DNA of 35,609 bases from Candidatus Omnitrophota bacterium (GCA_013202935.1 JABMRG010000093.1:1-35609); one strand, 5' to 3'; counted from the first letter of the stretch, positions 24,587 through 35,563 are shown. The notes: generated by a model from the sequence alone, not told the origin. Numbers and translations: made by a program.

Positions 24587-25576
24587 ATGCCACAAAAAAC
24601 CAAAACCCCCTCCAGTCCAACTCAGACAGCCTATCTCTTAACAGGCGAAGATGAATTCAGGAAGAACTTATCGCTCGATAAGCTGAAGACAAAACTATTG
24701 GGCGATAAGGCTGATCCATTCAACTACTGCCTCTATTATGGAAAGACTACAACTGCTGAAGAGGTAATCCGTTCACTGGATACATTGCCATTAACAGGCG
24801 CAAAAAAGCTCGTGGTATTAAAAGAACCCGAGCTTTTAAGTGAAGATGATAAAAGTGTGCTTCTTAATTATCTAAAGACAGCACAGGGCCCTAAAACATT
24901 CTTAATCATGCTAACCGTTTCTGGCTCATCAAAGAGCGAGAAATTCTCAAAAGATGCCTCAAAATCCGCAAGGGTATTTGACTTTCCCAAGCTTGAGTCC
25001 AATGAGGTCACATCATTAGTAATAAGGGAATTTAAATCCCATAATAAGAGAATCAACAGGCAGCATGCAGAACTTATATCCGAGGAGTCCCAGCAGGACA
25101 TTGGCAGGGCATTACCACTCATTGAGCAGATTCTGATTTTTGTCGGGAAAAGGGAGAATGTTACAGGTGAGGATATTACGCAGTTTACCCAAGGCTCATT
25201 ACAGGAGGCCTCGACATTTAAACTACTCGACCTGATCGACCAGAAAGATACAATAGGCGCTCTCCGTATTCTAAAAAGACTCTTGCGTACAGAAAGCAAT
25301 CCTTCCCAGATTATAGGCCTTATAGGCTGGCATATAGCAAGGCTCATATCTATAAAAAGGATGCTGATTAAAAAGATACCAAGAGCTGATATGCAATCCT
25401 ATATCAGGACAGGAACTTATATATTAAATAGGCTTATTTCGCAGGCAGATAACTTCACCCTCAACAGGTTAAGAAGACAACTTGACACCTTGACAGATAT
25501 CGACCTCCTGCTTAAAAGAAGCAGTATAAAGGGTGAGTTTTTGCTTGAGATGCTGGTAGTTAAGCTTTCAGCTTAA
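24587..25576 (+). CDS. holA: DNA polymerase III delta subunit
   Basis: 329 aa. N-terminal YLLTGEDEF pattern and overall delta-subunit organisation. Sits directly after lptE. Confidence 0.75.
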   Translation: MPQKTKTPSSPTQTAYLLTGEDEFRKNLSLDKLKTKLLGDKADPFNYCLYYGKTTTAEEVIRSLDTLPLTGAKKLVVLKEPELLSEDDKSVLLNYLKTAQGPKTFLIMLTVSGSSKSEKFSKDASKSARVFDFPKLESNEVTSLVIREFKSHNKRINRQHAELISEESQQDIGRALPLIEQILIFVGKRENVTGEDITQFTQGSLQEASTFKLLDLIDQKDTIGALRILKRLLRTESNPSQIIGLIGWHIARLISIKRMLIKKIPRADMQSYIRTGTYILNRLISQADNFTLNRLRRQLDTLTDIDLLLKRSSIKGEFLLEMLVVKLSA

Positions 25577-25577
25577 C
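25559..25577. terminator. Bidirectional hairpin at the convergent holA/rpsT overlap
   Basis: GTTAAGCT 25559-25566 / AGCTTAAC 25570-25577, with a 3-nt loop. Both stop codons (holA TAA 25574-25576, rpsT TAA on minus at 25560-25562) lie in the stem arms. The stem is AT-rich and no clear U-tract is present. Confidence 0.3.
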
Positions 25578-25826
25578 TATTCTTTTAGAGAGGCGGGATT
25601 TTTTGCGGGCAGCATTGTGCTTTTTGATAACGCCTTTTTTTGCTGCCTTATCGAGCTTCGACATTACACTGGAAAGCAGCTTTTTAGCTTCATCCTGTTT
25701 TTTGGTGCTGATAAGAGACTCCAGTTTTTTCAGAAGAGTCTTAAGCTCTGACTTTACAGCTTGATTACTCAGTTGCTTTTTTTTGTCTTGTCTAAGCGAT
25801 TTCTTTGCAGAACGTTTGTTTGGCAT
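25560..25826 (-). CDS. rpsT: 30S ribosomal protein S20
   Basis: MPNKRSAKKSLRQDKKKQLSNQAVKSELKTLLKK... is a typical S20 N-terminus. I prefer the ATG at 25826 (AGGAG 10 nt upstream) over the upstream in-frame ATG at 25868. Confidence 0.9.
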   Translation of the reverse strand: MPNKRSAKKSLRQDKKKQLSNQAVKSELKTLLKKLESLISTKKQDEAKKLLSSVMSKLDKAAKKGVIKKHNAARKKSRLSKRIVKLKA

Positions 25827-25893
25827 ACTATTATCACTCCTTGTAAAAAAGTAGAAAGAGTATAACATACGACGGTAACAGTGTCAAGGAAAA

Positions 25894-27453
25894 ATGTCTA
25901 CTAACAGATCGATAGCAAAATCAGCAGGTATAATTGGTGCGGGTACACTCCTGAGCCGTGTGTTCGGATTTGTCCGCGATATAATATTTGCCGCATTCTT
26001 TGGAACAGGTATATATGCCCAAGCCTTTGTTGTAGCCTTTACAATACCTAATCTCCTGCGCGACCTGATCGGCGAAGGTGCTACCAACGCTGCGGTCGTG
26101 CCTATCTTGGTCGAGGAACTCACGCAGAATGGCAAAGATGCCTTTTGGAAGCTCGCTAATATTCTCCTAAATTTGATACTCGTGGTCCTGACAGCGGTAA
26201 CTATAGCAGGTGTACTCCTAGCAAAACCGATAGTAATAGCCATGGTCCCCGGCTTCTTAGAAGACCCCTATAAGCTAGAGGTTACAGTAGCGCTTACCAG
26301 GATGATATTCCCGTATCTTATATTTATAGGCCTTGTTGCATATGCTATGGGCGTGTTAAATTCTATTAAGCATTTTGCAGCACCGGCATTTGGCCCATTC
26401 CTTCTCAATGTATCATTAATAGTATGTATGCTTATATGGAGGCAGGACCCAATGGGTCTTGGAATAGGCGTTCTTTTAGGCGGCCTTTTGCAAGTTATTA
26501 TACAGATACCACCACTTATTAAAAGAGGTATGGTTTTTGACCAGAGAAGCTTTTTACATCCTAAGATAAAGAAGATAGGCAGGCTACTTATACCACGTAT
26601 CTTCGGAAGCAGCGTCTACCTCATAAATGTGTATATTATCAGCAGGGTGTTGGCATCTATGGAGTGGATAGTAGGTAAAGGGGCTATAGCAGCTCTATAT
26701 CTTGCAAGCAGAATATGGCAATTTCCTCTGGCTATCTTTGCCATAGCTCTGGCCCAGGCAGCTCTTCCGACACTCTCAGGCCATATAGCGACAAAGAGAC
26801 CTAATGATTTTCGCAATGCTATAGGTTTTTTACTAAGAGCGGTCTGTTTTGTGCTTATACCTGCTAGCGCAGGCTTGATAGCCTTGGCAGTTCCAATAAC
26901 AAAGACACTATTTGAAAGAGGTGCATTTGGAGCCTATTCTACACAGATAACATCTTTTGTGCTTCTCTTCTACAGCTTCGGTCTTCTTTCATACGGTGTA
27001 ATAAAGATTCTGGTAAACGGTTTCTATTCAATGCAGGATACTAAGACGCCGGTAAAGATAGCTGCGGTATCATTAGTCGTAAATATTATATTGAGCGTGT
27101 TGCTTATGTTTCCTCTTAAGGTCGCAGGGCTTGCCCTTGCAAATTCTATAGCAGGCATATTTAATGCGACGATTCTTCTTATAATCTTAAGAAAAAGAAT
27201 AGGTGGTTTTGGCAAAAAGAAGCTGGTTACTTCATTTTTACGCATATTGGTTGCGTCACTACTTATGGGTATTTTTGCATTCTGGTTCAATGGCTTTCTA
27301 AACAGCACCTTTGTTCCTGTCTCAACAATATGCTCTATAATAAACCTGGCAGTTACAATTGTTGCTTCTATTCTCCTTTATATTGCAGCCTGTTATATTT
27401 TACAAGTAAAAGAACTAGAGGAGGTTAAGCAGTGGCTATCAAGGAAAAGATAG
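25894..27453 (+). CDS. murJ: Lipid II flippase MurJ
   Basis: N-terminus SIAKSAGIIGAGTLLSRVFGFVRDIIFAAFFGTG is the conserved MurJ/MviN signature. About 14 TM segments, 519 aa. Confidence 0.9.
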   Translation: MSTNRSIAKSAGIIGAGTLLSRVFGFVRDIIFAAFFGTGIYAQAFVVAFTIPNLLRDLIGEGATNAAVVPILVEELTQNGKDAFWKLANILLNLILVVLTAVTIAGVLLAKPIVIAMVPGFLEDPYKLEVTVALTRMIFPYLIFIGLVAYAMGVLNSIKHFAAPAFGPFLLNVSLIVCMLIWRQDPMGLGIGVLLGGLLQVIIQIPPLIKRGMVFDQRSFLHPKIKKIGRLLIPRIFGSSVYLINVYIISRVLASMEWIVGKGAIAALYLASRIWQFPLAIFAIALAQAALPTLSGHIATKRPNDFRNAIGFLLRAVCFVLIPASAGLIALAVPITKTLFERGAFGAYSTQITSFVLLFYSFGLLSYGVIKILVNGFYSMQDTKTPVKIAAVSLVVNIILSVLLMFPLKVAGLALANSIAGIFNATILLIILRKRIGGFGKKKLVTSFLRILVASLLMGIFAFWFNGFLNSTFVPVSTICSIINLAVTIVASILLYIAACYILQVKELEEVKQWLSRKR

Positions 27454-28871
27454 AAGCCTCGCCAAATGCTGCAGGTGTGTATCTTTTTAAAGACAAGCAG
27501 AATAGCATCTTATATATCGGCAAGGCCGCGTCTATAAGAAAGAGACTAAAGTCTCATTTCTCCAAAACACCATTACCGAAACAGAAAGCACTGATAAATA
27601 AGACTAAGGATATAGACTATATACTTACTCCTGATGAGTCGACAGCCCTTCTTTTGGAATCAGCGCTTATCAAAAGATACAATCCCCACTATAATGTAGA
27701 TCTCAAGGATGATAAATCATACCCGCGCCTAAAACTCACTGTAAACGAAGAATTTCCCCGCCTCTTTATTACAAGAAAGCTAAAAGATGATGGGGCTTTA
27801 TATTTTGGGCCTTATACGAACGCAAAACTTCTTCGTAAGGCACTTACATTTATGAGAATGACCTTTCCTCTAAGGACATGCCAGCGCATGCCAAAGAAGG
27901 AATGCCTGAATTATCATATAGGCCAGTGTCTTGCACCATGTGTTGGCAAATCGGGCAAGAAAGAATATCTTAGGGTAATTGATGAGCTGAAGCTATTTTT
28001 GGATGGAAAACGCGACGAGCTCTTGAATTTATTAAACCTCCAGATGAAGGAGGCCTCTGAGAATAAAGAGTATGAAAGAGCAGCAAAGATAAGGGATAGG
28101 ATAAGAGCGCTCTCATTGGTTATAGAGGCTAATGTCAAGAATCATACTGTCTTAGAATCTAAAAAGGTAAGATTCTATCCTGACCAACAGGTCGAGGAGT
28201 TACGTACAATACTGAAGCTTCCCAAGACACCCCATATTATTGAGGCATTCGATGTATCAAATATATTCGGCAAAGAAGCGGTCGGCTCTATGGTATCATT
28301 TAAGGAAGGAAAGCCTGATAGGGAGGAGTATCGCAGATTTAAGATAAGAACTGTAAAAGGCATAGATGACTATAGTATGATGCGTGAGATAGTATCAAGG
28401 AGATGCAGAAGGATTCTTGCGGAGGAGAAAAGCCTTCCGGATCTTATAATAATCGATGGCGGGAAAGGGCACCTTAGTGCTGTAAAGAAACAGCTGAGGC
28501 AGCTTAGGCTTTTGGACCTGCCTGTAATAAGTATAGCGAAGAGGCTTGATAAGATCTACCTGTCAGAGGATAGAGAGCCAATGCTGCTTGGTAAGTTTGA
28601 AGCAACACTTCTTTTATTACAGAGGATACGCGATGAAGCGCACCGCTTTGCCATAGGTTACCACAGGCTGCTTCGAAGGAAAGAGATAGGGCTTTCAGAA
28701 CTGGATAATATAGAAGGTGTGGGCCCAAGAAAGAAAGTGTCACTTATGAGGCATTTCGGTTCATTGAATGAGATCAAGATGGCAGATATTGAGGATTTAA
28801 TAAAGGTAGAATATGTAAATGAGAAACAGGCAAAGACGATCTATGACTACTTTCGAGGAAAAAGTATATAG
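27432..28871 (+). CDS. uvrC: Excinuclease ABC subunit C (compact, 479 aa)
   Basis: GIY-YIG motifs (GVYLFKD...ILYIGKA...YN), UVR domain (EASENKEYERAAKIRDRIRAL), endonuclease domain (IEAFDVSN..., IIIDGGKGHL) and C-terminal HhH (IEGVGPRKK). GTG start overlaps murJ by 22 nt. The linker between the UVR and endonuclease domains is shorter than in E. coli UvrC. Confidence 0.85.
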   Translation: MAIKEKIEASPNAAGVYLFKDKQNSILYIGKAASIRKRLKSHFSKTPLPKQKALINKTKDIDYILTPDESTALLLESALIKRYNPHYNVDLKDDKSYPRLKLTVNEEFPRLFITRKLKDDGALYFGPYTNAKLLRKALTFMRMTFPLRTCQRMPKKECLNYHIGQCLAPCVGKSGKKEYLRVIDELKLFLDGKRDELLNLLNLQMKEASENKEYERAAKIRDRIRALSLVIEANVKNHTVLESKKVRFYPDQQVEELRTILKLPKTPHIIEAFDVSNIFGKEAVGSMVSFKEGKPDREEYRRFKIRTVKGIDDYSMMREIVSRRCRRILAEEKSLPDLIIIDGGKGHLSAVKKQLRQLRLLDLPVISIAKRLDKIYLSEDREPMLLGKFEATLLLLQRIRDEAHRFAIGYHRLLRRKEIGLSELDNIEGVGPRKKVSLMRHFGSLNEIKMADIEDLIKVEYVNEKQAKTIYDYFRGKSI

Positions 28872-29100
28872 GGTGGTTTCACAGATCCCGCGCAGTGAGA
28901 CAAGAAGCTATAAATGGGTTGCAGAGAGAGTAGGTTCACCTTTCGCATATCGCGCAGTCGGTAATGCCCTAAACAAGAGCCCGTATATAGGTAAAGTGCC
29001 TTGTCACCGTGTAATTAAAGTAGACGGTACAATAGGTGGTTTTGCAAAAGGCCCAAAGAATAAGAGACGACTTTTAAAGAAAGAAGGAGTAAGCGTATGA
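28843..29100 (+). CDS. MGMT-family protein (methylated-DNA--protein-cysteine methyltransferase DNA-binding/active-site domain only)
   Basis: Contains the PCHRV active-site motif and the upstream YKWVAERVGSPFAYRAVGNAL helix-turn-helix pattern. Start is either ATG 28843 or ATG 28819, and both overlap the uvrC 3' end. Confidence 0.75.
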   Translation: MTTFEEKVYRVVSQIPRSETRSYKWVAERVGSPFAYRAVGNALNKSPYIGKVPCHRVIKVDGTIGGFAKGPKNKRRLLKKEGVSV

Positions 29101-29906
29101 ATACAAAAATAGCCTTTGTAGCATTTATAGTGCTTATTAATTTTATGCTGGTTAACTACTCTTTGGCTGCTTTAGATTCAGAGGCTATACTTAATGGCAT
29201 GAAGGAAAAATACGCAGATTTTTACAAGGAGGTTCAGGATATCACTATTGTGCAGGAGATAGAGGCCTCATCTCCAGGACAGGATGGTAATATGTCATCA
29301 GAAGTGACTATGTTTCAGAAGGGCGATAAGGTAAGAATGGATACAAAGATGCAGATGCCAGAGGACGCAAAGATGCCTCAAGGCATGCAACAGGTGGAGA
29401 GCACCATGATATATGATGGAGAGACAGCATGGATGATTATGCCTTTTATGGGCAAGGTAAAACTACCTGAGACAGAGGCATTTAAGCATCAGGCAAGCGT
29501 AAATTGGTGGGATAAGGTTTTAGGTAATGCGGATGTCGTAGGTGAAGAGGTTATTGACGGAATAGGCTGTTATATTTTAAAAGTGAGGAATAGAAAAACC
29601 CCGCCCTTTTTTAATAGGATATGGATAAGCAAGAAGGATTTTATTTCAGTTAAAGCTGAAATGGCTGGCCCTAACGGAACAAAAAACAAAATGGTCTTTT
29701 CTGACTTTCGAGAACTAGGCAGTAACTGGAAGTTTCCTTACCGCACAGAAACATATGTGAATGATAAGCTTATATCAAAAGTTACTATAAGGTCAGTTAG
29801 AATAAATACCGGTCTCGCAGACAGCATCTTTAACGCAGATGCTATTGCAGCAGATACATCTGATTTTGGCGACCTGATGCAGAATGTAATGAATAAGAAG
29901 CAATAG
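29097..29906 (+). CDS. LolA-like / outer-membrane lipoprotein-sorting-like periplasmic protein
   Basis: ATGA overlap with the upstream stop. Signal peptide ...NYSLA|AL. General pattern of LolA/RseB-fold proteins (..FQKGDKVRMD.., ..YDGETAWMIMP.., GEEVIDGIGCYILKV, ..WISKKDF.., ..FSDFRE..). Remembered pattern only. Confidence 0.45.
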   Translation: MNTKIAFVAFIVLINFMLVNYSLAALDSEAILNGMKEKYADFYKEVQDITIVQEIEASSPGQDGNMSSEVTMFQKGDKVRMDTKMQMPEDAKMPQGMQQVESTMIYDGETAWMIMPFMGKVKLPETEAFKHQASVNWWDKVLGNADVVGEEVIDGIGCYILKVRNRKTPPFFNRIWISKKDFISVKAEMAGPNGTKNKMVFSDFRELGSNWKFPYRTETYVNDKLISKVTIRSVRINTGLADSIFNADAIAADTSDFGDLMQNVMNKKQ

Positions 29907-29918
29907 GCTTCATTTTCC

Positions 29919-29947
29919 TTGTCAAATAATGGCAATTATGGTATTCT
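29919..29947 (+). promoter_or_regulatory. Candidate promoter of prfB-secA-lnt (TTGTCA-N17-TATTCT with TG extended -10)
   Basis: TTGTCA 29919-29924 and TGG-TATTCT 29939-29947. The ATG at 29958 is only 10 nt after the -10 box with no SD, implying a very short leader. Confidence 0.4.
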
Positions 29948-29957
29948 TTAAAACACT

Positions 29958-31050
29958 ATGCTAGAAGATATTAAGACTAAATTAAATACTATAAAGGGTA
30001 AGCTCGATCACCTAAGGGGGTATCTTTGACATTGGAAAAAGGGCTGATGAGATATCCCATATCGAAAAGACTATGTCTGAGCCAGATTTCTGGCAGAGTC
30101 CCCAGAAAGCAAACCAGATAATACCCCGCCTCAAGGCCTTAAAATCTACTGTGGAACCTTTCCGGGCCTGCCTTAAGGAGTATGATGATCTTAATGAGCT
30201 TCTATCTATGGTGGATGGAAGCGATGAGTCGAGTATATCAGATATTAATAAGGAACTGTTGGTGCTTACAAAGAAGGTAGATGCATTAGAATTTAAGAGC
30301 CTTTTGAGTGGCAAGCATGATATAAACAATGCCATTCTTAGTATAAATGCGGGCGCGGGTGGGACAGAATCATGCGACTGGGCTAGTATGCTGCTTAGGA
30401 TGTATAGCAGGTGGGCTCAAGCCAAGGGCTATGCTGTACAGGATATAGATTTCTTATCTGGTGAAGAAGCAGGAATAAAAAATGTAACCATAATCATAAA
30501 AGGCGACTGGGCCTACGGTTACTTAAAAGCAGAAAGCGGCGTACATAGGCTGGTAAGGATTTCGCCTTTTGATTCTAATAAGAGGCGTCATACATCCTTT
30601 GCGTCTGTAGATGTTATTGCTGAGGTTGCAGAGGATATAGATATGGAGCTAGGCGAAAAAGATTTACGTGTAGATGTATATCGTTCAAGTGGCCCAGGTG
30701 GCCAGGGCGTAAATACAACAGACTCTGCTGTGAGGATTACACATATTCCAACAGGCCTGGTTGTACAGTGTCAGAACGAACGTTCGCAGATTAAGAACAG
30801 GGCAACTGCGATGAAGGTGCTAAAAGCACGCATCTATGAAAAAAAGAGAAGAGAGTTACAGGAAAAGATGGAGAAAGAGTATGCCGTGAAACAGAAGATA
30901 GAGTGGGGAAGCCAGATACGCTCATATGTCTTTCATCCTTATAATATGGTAAAGGACCATAGGACGACTGAGGAGACATCAAATACACAGGCTGTCATGA
31001 ATGGCGGTATCGATAACTTCATTCAAGCCTACTTAAAGTGGAAAAAATGA
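29958..31050 (+). CDS. prfB: Peptide chain release factor 2, expressed through a programmed +1 frameshift (29958..30026 joined to 30028..31050)
   Basis: Frame 0 reads [23 protein letters not shown] then TGA at 30027-30029. The +1 frame continues [23 protein letters not shown]... for a total of 363 aa. RF2 hallmarks SPF (RISPFDS) and GGQ (SGPGGQGVN) are present. Confidence 0.95.
30012..30030 (+). other. RF2 autoregulatory +1 frameshift site
   Basis: CTA AGG GGG TAT CTT TGA C: an internal SD-like AGGGGG, 3-nt spacer, slippery CTT, and in-frame TGA followed by C. The sequence is identical to the remembered E. coli prfB site. Confidence 0.95.
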
Positions 31051-33926
31051 TAAAGTGGATCTCGAATAAGATATTTGGTTCGCAGAACGAAAAAGAGCTT
31101 AAGAAGCTTACACCTATGCTGGATAAGGTAAACAGCTTTGAACAGGCTGTTTCTGCTCTATCAGATGATCAATTGTGTGCAAAAACTTCCAGCTTTCGTA
31201 CGCATGCACAAAAGAAAGAGACTGAGCTTAAAGATCAGATAAGGGATTTAGAACAGCAAATAGATGAAGCAACTACGCAAGCTACAAAAGATAGCTTAAA
31301 GCCCAAGTTGAAACAACTATACAATCAAATCTTTGATGAGATTCTACCAGAAGCGTTTGCAGTTGTAAGAGAGGCTGCAAAGCGCAGAATAAATATGCGC
31401 CATTTTGACGTACAGATTATAGGTGGTGTTGTGCTGCATGAGGGCAGAATAGCAGAGATGGCAACTGGTGAAGGAAAGACACTTGTTGCAACGCTTCCCG
31501 TATACCTTAACGCGCTCCTAGGCAAAGGCGTTCATGTTATAACAGTAAACGATTATCTTGCAAAACGCGACCGTGAGTGGATGGGGCCTGTCTATGAGTT
31601 CTTGGGGCTATCAGTCGGCACAATACAGCATGATATGGCGCCAGAGGATAGAAAGATAGCCTATAATTGCGATATAACATACGGTACAAATAATGAGTTT
31701 GGCTTTGACTATCTGCGCGATAATATGGTTGTATCTAAGGAAGACATGGTACAGCGTGAGCCTTTCTATGCTATTGTCGATGAGGTAGACAGCATACTTA
31801 TAGATGAGGCAAGGACACCCCTTATAATATCAGGGCCTGCTGAAGAGTCTACGGATAAGTACTACAAAATAGATAAGATAATACCACGCCTTAAGAAAGG
31901 CGCTCGAGACGAACAGAGCAAGGAAGAGACAGGCGACTTTATAATAGACGAGAAGGCACGTACAGCTTATCTTACAGAGGCTGGTGAGATGAAGGCAGCA
32001 GAACTTCTAGGTATACAGGATATGCATACACTCTCGTCAATGGAATATAAGCACCATGTAAATCAGGCGCTTCGTGCACATAGCAACTTTAAACTTGATG
32101 TAGACTATATTGTAAAAGATGGCCAGGTAATAATTGTAGATGAGTTTACAGGCCGGCTTATGCCGGGACGCCGCTGGAGTGACGGGTTGCATCAGGCGAT
32201 AGAGGCAAAAGAGGGTGTTAAGATAGAGCGCGAAAACCAGACCCTTGCGACTATTACATTCCAGAACTATTTCCGCATGTATGAGAAACTTGCAGGTATG
32301 ACGGGAACAGCTGTGACGGAATCAGAGGAATTTTCAAAGATATATGGATTGGATGTTGTTGTTATACCTCCAAACCGTTATCTCCACAGGACAAATTATG
32401 CTGATGTGGTATTCCGAACAGAAAAAGAGAAATTCAACGCTATAGTATCTGAGATAGAAGAGCTTTACAAAACAAGTCAGCCTGTTTTGGTAGGTACTAT
32501 ATCGATAGATAAGTCGGAGTATCTGGGAGAGATACTTAAGCGAAAAGGCATTCCGCACAATGTACTCAATGCAAAGTATCACGGGTTCGAGGCACACATT
32601 GTCGCACAGGCCGGGGCAGCAGGCGCTGTTACAATAGCGACAAATATGGCGGGCCGTGGAACAGATATACTCCTTGGCGGAAATGCTGAATTTCGCACAA
32701 AAGATACAGTTGCACAGATAAAGGCAGAAGGCAAGGATGTATCTGAAGATGAAGGGAATGAGCTGCTTGCTAAGTATAAAGAAGAGGCAGAGAAAAACCA
32801 TAAGAGCGTAATAGAAGTAGGCGGGTTACATGTAATAGGTTCAGAGCGCCACGAGGCACGCCGTATCGATAATCAGCTCCGCGGAAGGTCAGGCCGTCAA
32901 GGTGATCCTGGCTCAAGCAGGTTCTATGTCTCATTGGAAGATGACCTTATGAGGATATTTGCATCAGACAGAGTGGCGCGCCTTATAAATTTCTTCCAGC
33001 TTGAAGAGGGGACTCCTATAGCAGAACATAAACTCGTAACAAGGTCGATAGAGACAGCTCAAAGAAGAGTAGAGTCGCATAACTTTTCCATAAGAAAGCA
33101 TGTCCTTGAGTATGACAATGTAATGAATAAACAGAGGGAAGTTATATACTCAGAGAGAAAGACAATCTTAGAAGGTGATAACTTAAAAGAGCATGTGTTT
33201 GATATGATAGAGGATACTCTCGACCCGATGCTTGATATATATGCACCTGAAAGCCAGCATCCTGAAGAATGGGATTATGAGGGGCTGATTAATTGGTTTA
33301 AGGCAAAGTTTCTTATCAGGTTTGATAAGTCAGGCATAGATAAGTTGAACCGTGAAGAAATAAAAGGTTTTCTTTTAGAGGGGGTTAAGTCAGCCTATCT
33401 TAAGAAGGAGGAATCTATAACTACTGATAAGATGCGGCATATAGAGAAATTCGTTCTGCTTCAGGCTATTGATACAAAGTGGAAAGAGCACCTTCTTAAT
33501 ATAGACCACTTAAGAGAAGGTATACACCTTAGAGGATATGGCCAAAGAGACCCGTTAGTAGAGTATCAGCGTGAGGCCTATGAGATGTTTATGGCAATGA
33601 TAGAGTCTATAAGAGAAGACTCTCTTGAATATATTTTTAAGATTCAAGTTGTTGAGACCCAAAAAGAAGAAGGTGTATTTAGAGCAACTTCCCAAACATT
33701 CATACATCCCGAAGCACAGACAATGGGTGATATCAGACAACAGAGGCCATCTCCGCCTCCTGATATGCCTCAAGGGCCGATAGATCTTGAGCAACCCGGG
33801 TCACCACCACCTATACCTGATACAGGCCCGCCAGAGCCGTTTAAGAGAGAGGCACCTAAAGTAGGAAGAAATGACCCCTGTCCATGTGCAAGCGGCAAGA
33901 AGTATAAAAAATGCTGCGGAAAATAG
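31047..33926 (+). CDS. secA: Preprotein translocase ATPase SecA
   Basis: [22 protein letters not shown]-terminus, Walker [39 protein letters not shown], and C-terminal zinc-finger [16 protein letters not shown] prefer the ATG at 31047 (ATGA overlap with the prfB stop) over the GTG at 31038. Confidence 0.95.
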   Translation: MIKWISNKIFGSQNEKELKKLTPMLDKVNSFEQAVSALSDDQLCAKTSSFRTHAQKKETELKDQIRDLEQQIDEATTQATKDSLKPKLKQLYNQIFDEILPEAFAVVREAAKRRINMRHFDVQIIGGVVLHEGRIAEMATGEGKTLVATLPVYLNALLGKGVHVITVNDYLAKRDREWMGPVYEFLGLSVGTIQHDMAPEDRKIAYNCDITYGTNNEFGFDYLRDNMVVSKEDMVQREPFYAIVDEVDSILIDEARTPLIISGPAEESTDKYYKIDKIIPRLKKGARDEQSKEETGDFIIDEKARTAYLTEAGEMKAAELLGIQDMHTLSSMEYKHHVNQALRAHSNFKLDVDYIVKDGQVIIVDEFTGRLMPGRRWSDGLHQAIEAKEGVKIERENQTLATITFQNYFRMYEKLAGMTGTAVTESEEFSKIYGLDVVVIPPNRYLHRTNYADVVFRTEKEKFNAIVSEIEELYKTSQPVLVGTISIDKSEYLGEILKRKGIPHNVLNAKYHGFEAHIVAQAGAAGAVTIATNMAGRGTDILLGGNAEFRTKDTVAQIKAEGKDVSEDEGNELLAKYKEEAEKNHKSVIEVGGLHVIGSERHEARRIDNQLRGRSGRQGDPGSSRFYVSLEDDLMRIFASDRVARLINFFQLEEGTPIAEHKLVTRSIETAQRRVESHNFSIRKHVLEYDNVMNKQREVIYSERKTILEGDNLKEHVFDMIEDTLDPMLDIYAPESQHPEEWDYEGLINWFKAKFLIRFDKSGIDKLNREEIKGFLLEGVKSAYLKKEESITTDKMRHIEKFVLLQAIDTKWKEHLLNIDHLREGIHLRGYGQRDPLVEYQREAYEMFMAMIESIREDSLEYIFKIQVVETQKEEGVFRATSQTFIHPEAQTMGDIRQQRPSPPPDMPQGPIDLEQPGSPPPIPDTGPPEPFKREAPKVGRNDPCPCASGKKYKKCCGK

Positions 33927-35557
33927 ATATTCTGCTCGCTGTATCCTCAAGCATTCTACTATCCTTCAGTTTCTCAACCCTTAATCTTTCGTTCCTTGCA
34001 TGGATAGGACTTGTGCCTTTATTTTTCGCGCTGCAAGGCCTGCGCCCTAAGCAGGCATTTATTATTTCTTACCTATGCGGATTCTTATTCTTCCTATCAT
34101 CGATGTACTGGCTTATCCATGTTACACTTTTTGGCTGGATTATTCTTTCACTTTATCAAGCTCTATATTTCGGACTTTTTGGCTTTTTTTACTGCCTTGT
34201 CATTCCCGCGCAAGCGAGAATCCATAAAATAAAATTTACACCCTACGTTTTTCTTCCTGCCCTATGGGTTCTCCTCGAATACCTACGTGCAAATTTTTGC
34301 GGCGGCATCGGCTGGAACCTGCTTGGATATTCACAATATGAGAATATTCCTATTATACAGATAGCAGATATTACAGGTGTATACGGCATAACATTTTTAG
34401 TTGTTCTTGTAAATTTTTCAGTATTCTCTGTGATTAAGATGGCTATCAGGTGTCAGGGTGTGCACAAGCGCTTATTTGCAAGATCTCAATTTTCCCTGAA
34501 GGAAGAGATTGCACAAAACCCTTTATTTCAGACTGCGGCTGTATTTTTAGTAGTAGTGTGCGTGCTGTTATATGGCCAGAGGAGAGTAGACGCATTAGAT
34601 AAAGAGAGCGCTAGCTTAGGGGATGTAAAGATATCTGTCATACAGGGCAACATAGAGCAACCTTATAAATGGGATAAAGCGTATAAGAATTCTATCATGG
34701 AGGCTTATAAGAATCTTACGATCAAGGTTGCGCAGGAGAAACCAGGCCTTATAATATGGCCTGAAACCTCTTTGCCGGGATACCCTGATAGAGACAGAGG
34801 GTTGATGAGATATATCAAAGACCTCGCAAGAGAGGTAAATATTCCTATCCTTGTTGGCGCTCCAATGGTTGCTGTAAAAAGCGGTGAAGATGTCGGTGAT
34901 TACAACAGCGCGCTTCTGTTTTCAGGTAAAGGGAGGCTTCTCGATCAGTATAATAAGTTACATCTTGTTATGTTTGGTGAGTTTATCCCGTTGGGCAGGT
35001 ATTTTCCCTTACTGCGCAGGATCTTACCAGTAATAGGTAATTTTATTCCAGGAGATAAGTATAAGGTATTTAAACTAGCAACTAATGACTATCGACCTCA
35101 GCCAATGGCTGATCCGCCTCCGGCGGAAGCAACTAAATTCAGCACCCTGATCTGTTTTGAGGATATCTTCCCAGTTCTCTCAAGGCAATTTGTAAAAAAC
35201 GGAGCAGATTTTATAGTAAATATAACAAATGATGCCTGGTTTGGCCCAACGTCAGCAGCTTACCAACATGCTGCCAATTCAGTATTCAGGGCTGTTGAAA
35301 ACCGGCGTCCATTTATAAGGAGCGCCAATACAGGCCTCTCATGTTTTATAGATAGAATAGGCAGAATTTATTCTAAGGTCAGCAGCAACGGAAACGACCT
35401 TTTTATAAGAGGATATGATACAGCTAGCCTGGCCTTATTAACAAATTCGGCTCTTACTTTTTACACTAGATTTGGGGATATATTTGTAGTCTTATGTTTT
35501 ATACTAAGTCTTCTTTTTATAATTGACTATATACGCAGCCATAGGTATAATAATTAG
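33911..35557 (+). CDS. lnt: Apolipoprotein N-acyltransferase
   Basis: Multi-TM N-terminal half plus a C-terminal CN-hydrolase domain (IIWPE, the catalytic Glu; a conserved Lys in ..YNKLHLV..GE; ICFEDIF, the catalytic Cys). Overlaps the secA 3' end by 16 nt. Confidence 0.9.
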   Translation: MLRKIDILLAVSSSILLSFSFSTLNLSFLAWIGLVPLFFALQGLRPKQAFIISYLCGFLFFLSSMYWLIHVTLFGWIILSLYQALYFGLFGFFYCLVIPAQARIHKIKFTPYVFLPALWVLLEYLRANFCGGIGWNLLGYSQYENIPIIQIADITGVYGITFLVVLVNFSVFSVIKMAIRCQGVHKRLFARSQFSLKEEIAQNPLFQTAAVFLVVVCVLLYGQRRVDALDKESASLGDVKISVIQGNIEQPYKWDKAYKNSIMEAYKNLTIKVAQEKPGLIIWPETSLPGYPDRDRGLMRYIKDLAREVNIPILVGAPMVAVKSGEDVGDYNSALLFSGKGRLLDQYNKLHLVMFGEFIPLGRYFPLLRRILPVIGNFIPGDKYKVFKLATNDYRPQPMADPPPAEATKFSTLICFEDIFPVLSRQFVKNGADFIVNITNDAWFGPTSAAYQHAANSVFRAVENRRPFIRSANTGLSCFIDRIGRIYSKVSSNGNDLFIRGYDTASLALLTNSALTFYTRFGDIFVVLCFILSLLFIIDYIRSHRYNN

Positions 35558-35563
35558 TTACTT

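Noticed and set aside
34011-34232. 73-aa plus-strand ORF in an alternative frame inside lnt, ending in ..[10 protein letters not shown]
   Set aside because: It lies wholly inside lnt. Its C-terminus is just the off-frame translation of the palindromic repeat and looks like a typical spurious repeat-derived peptide.
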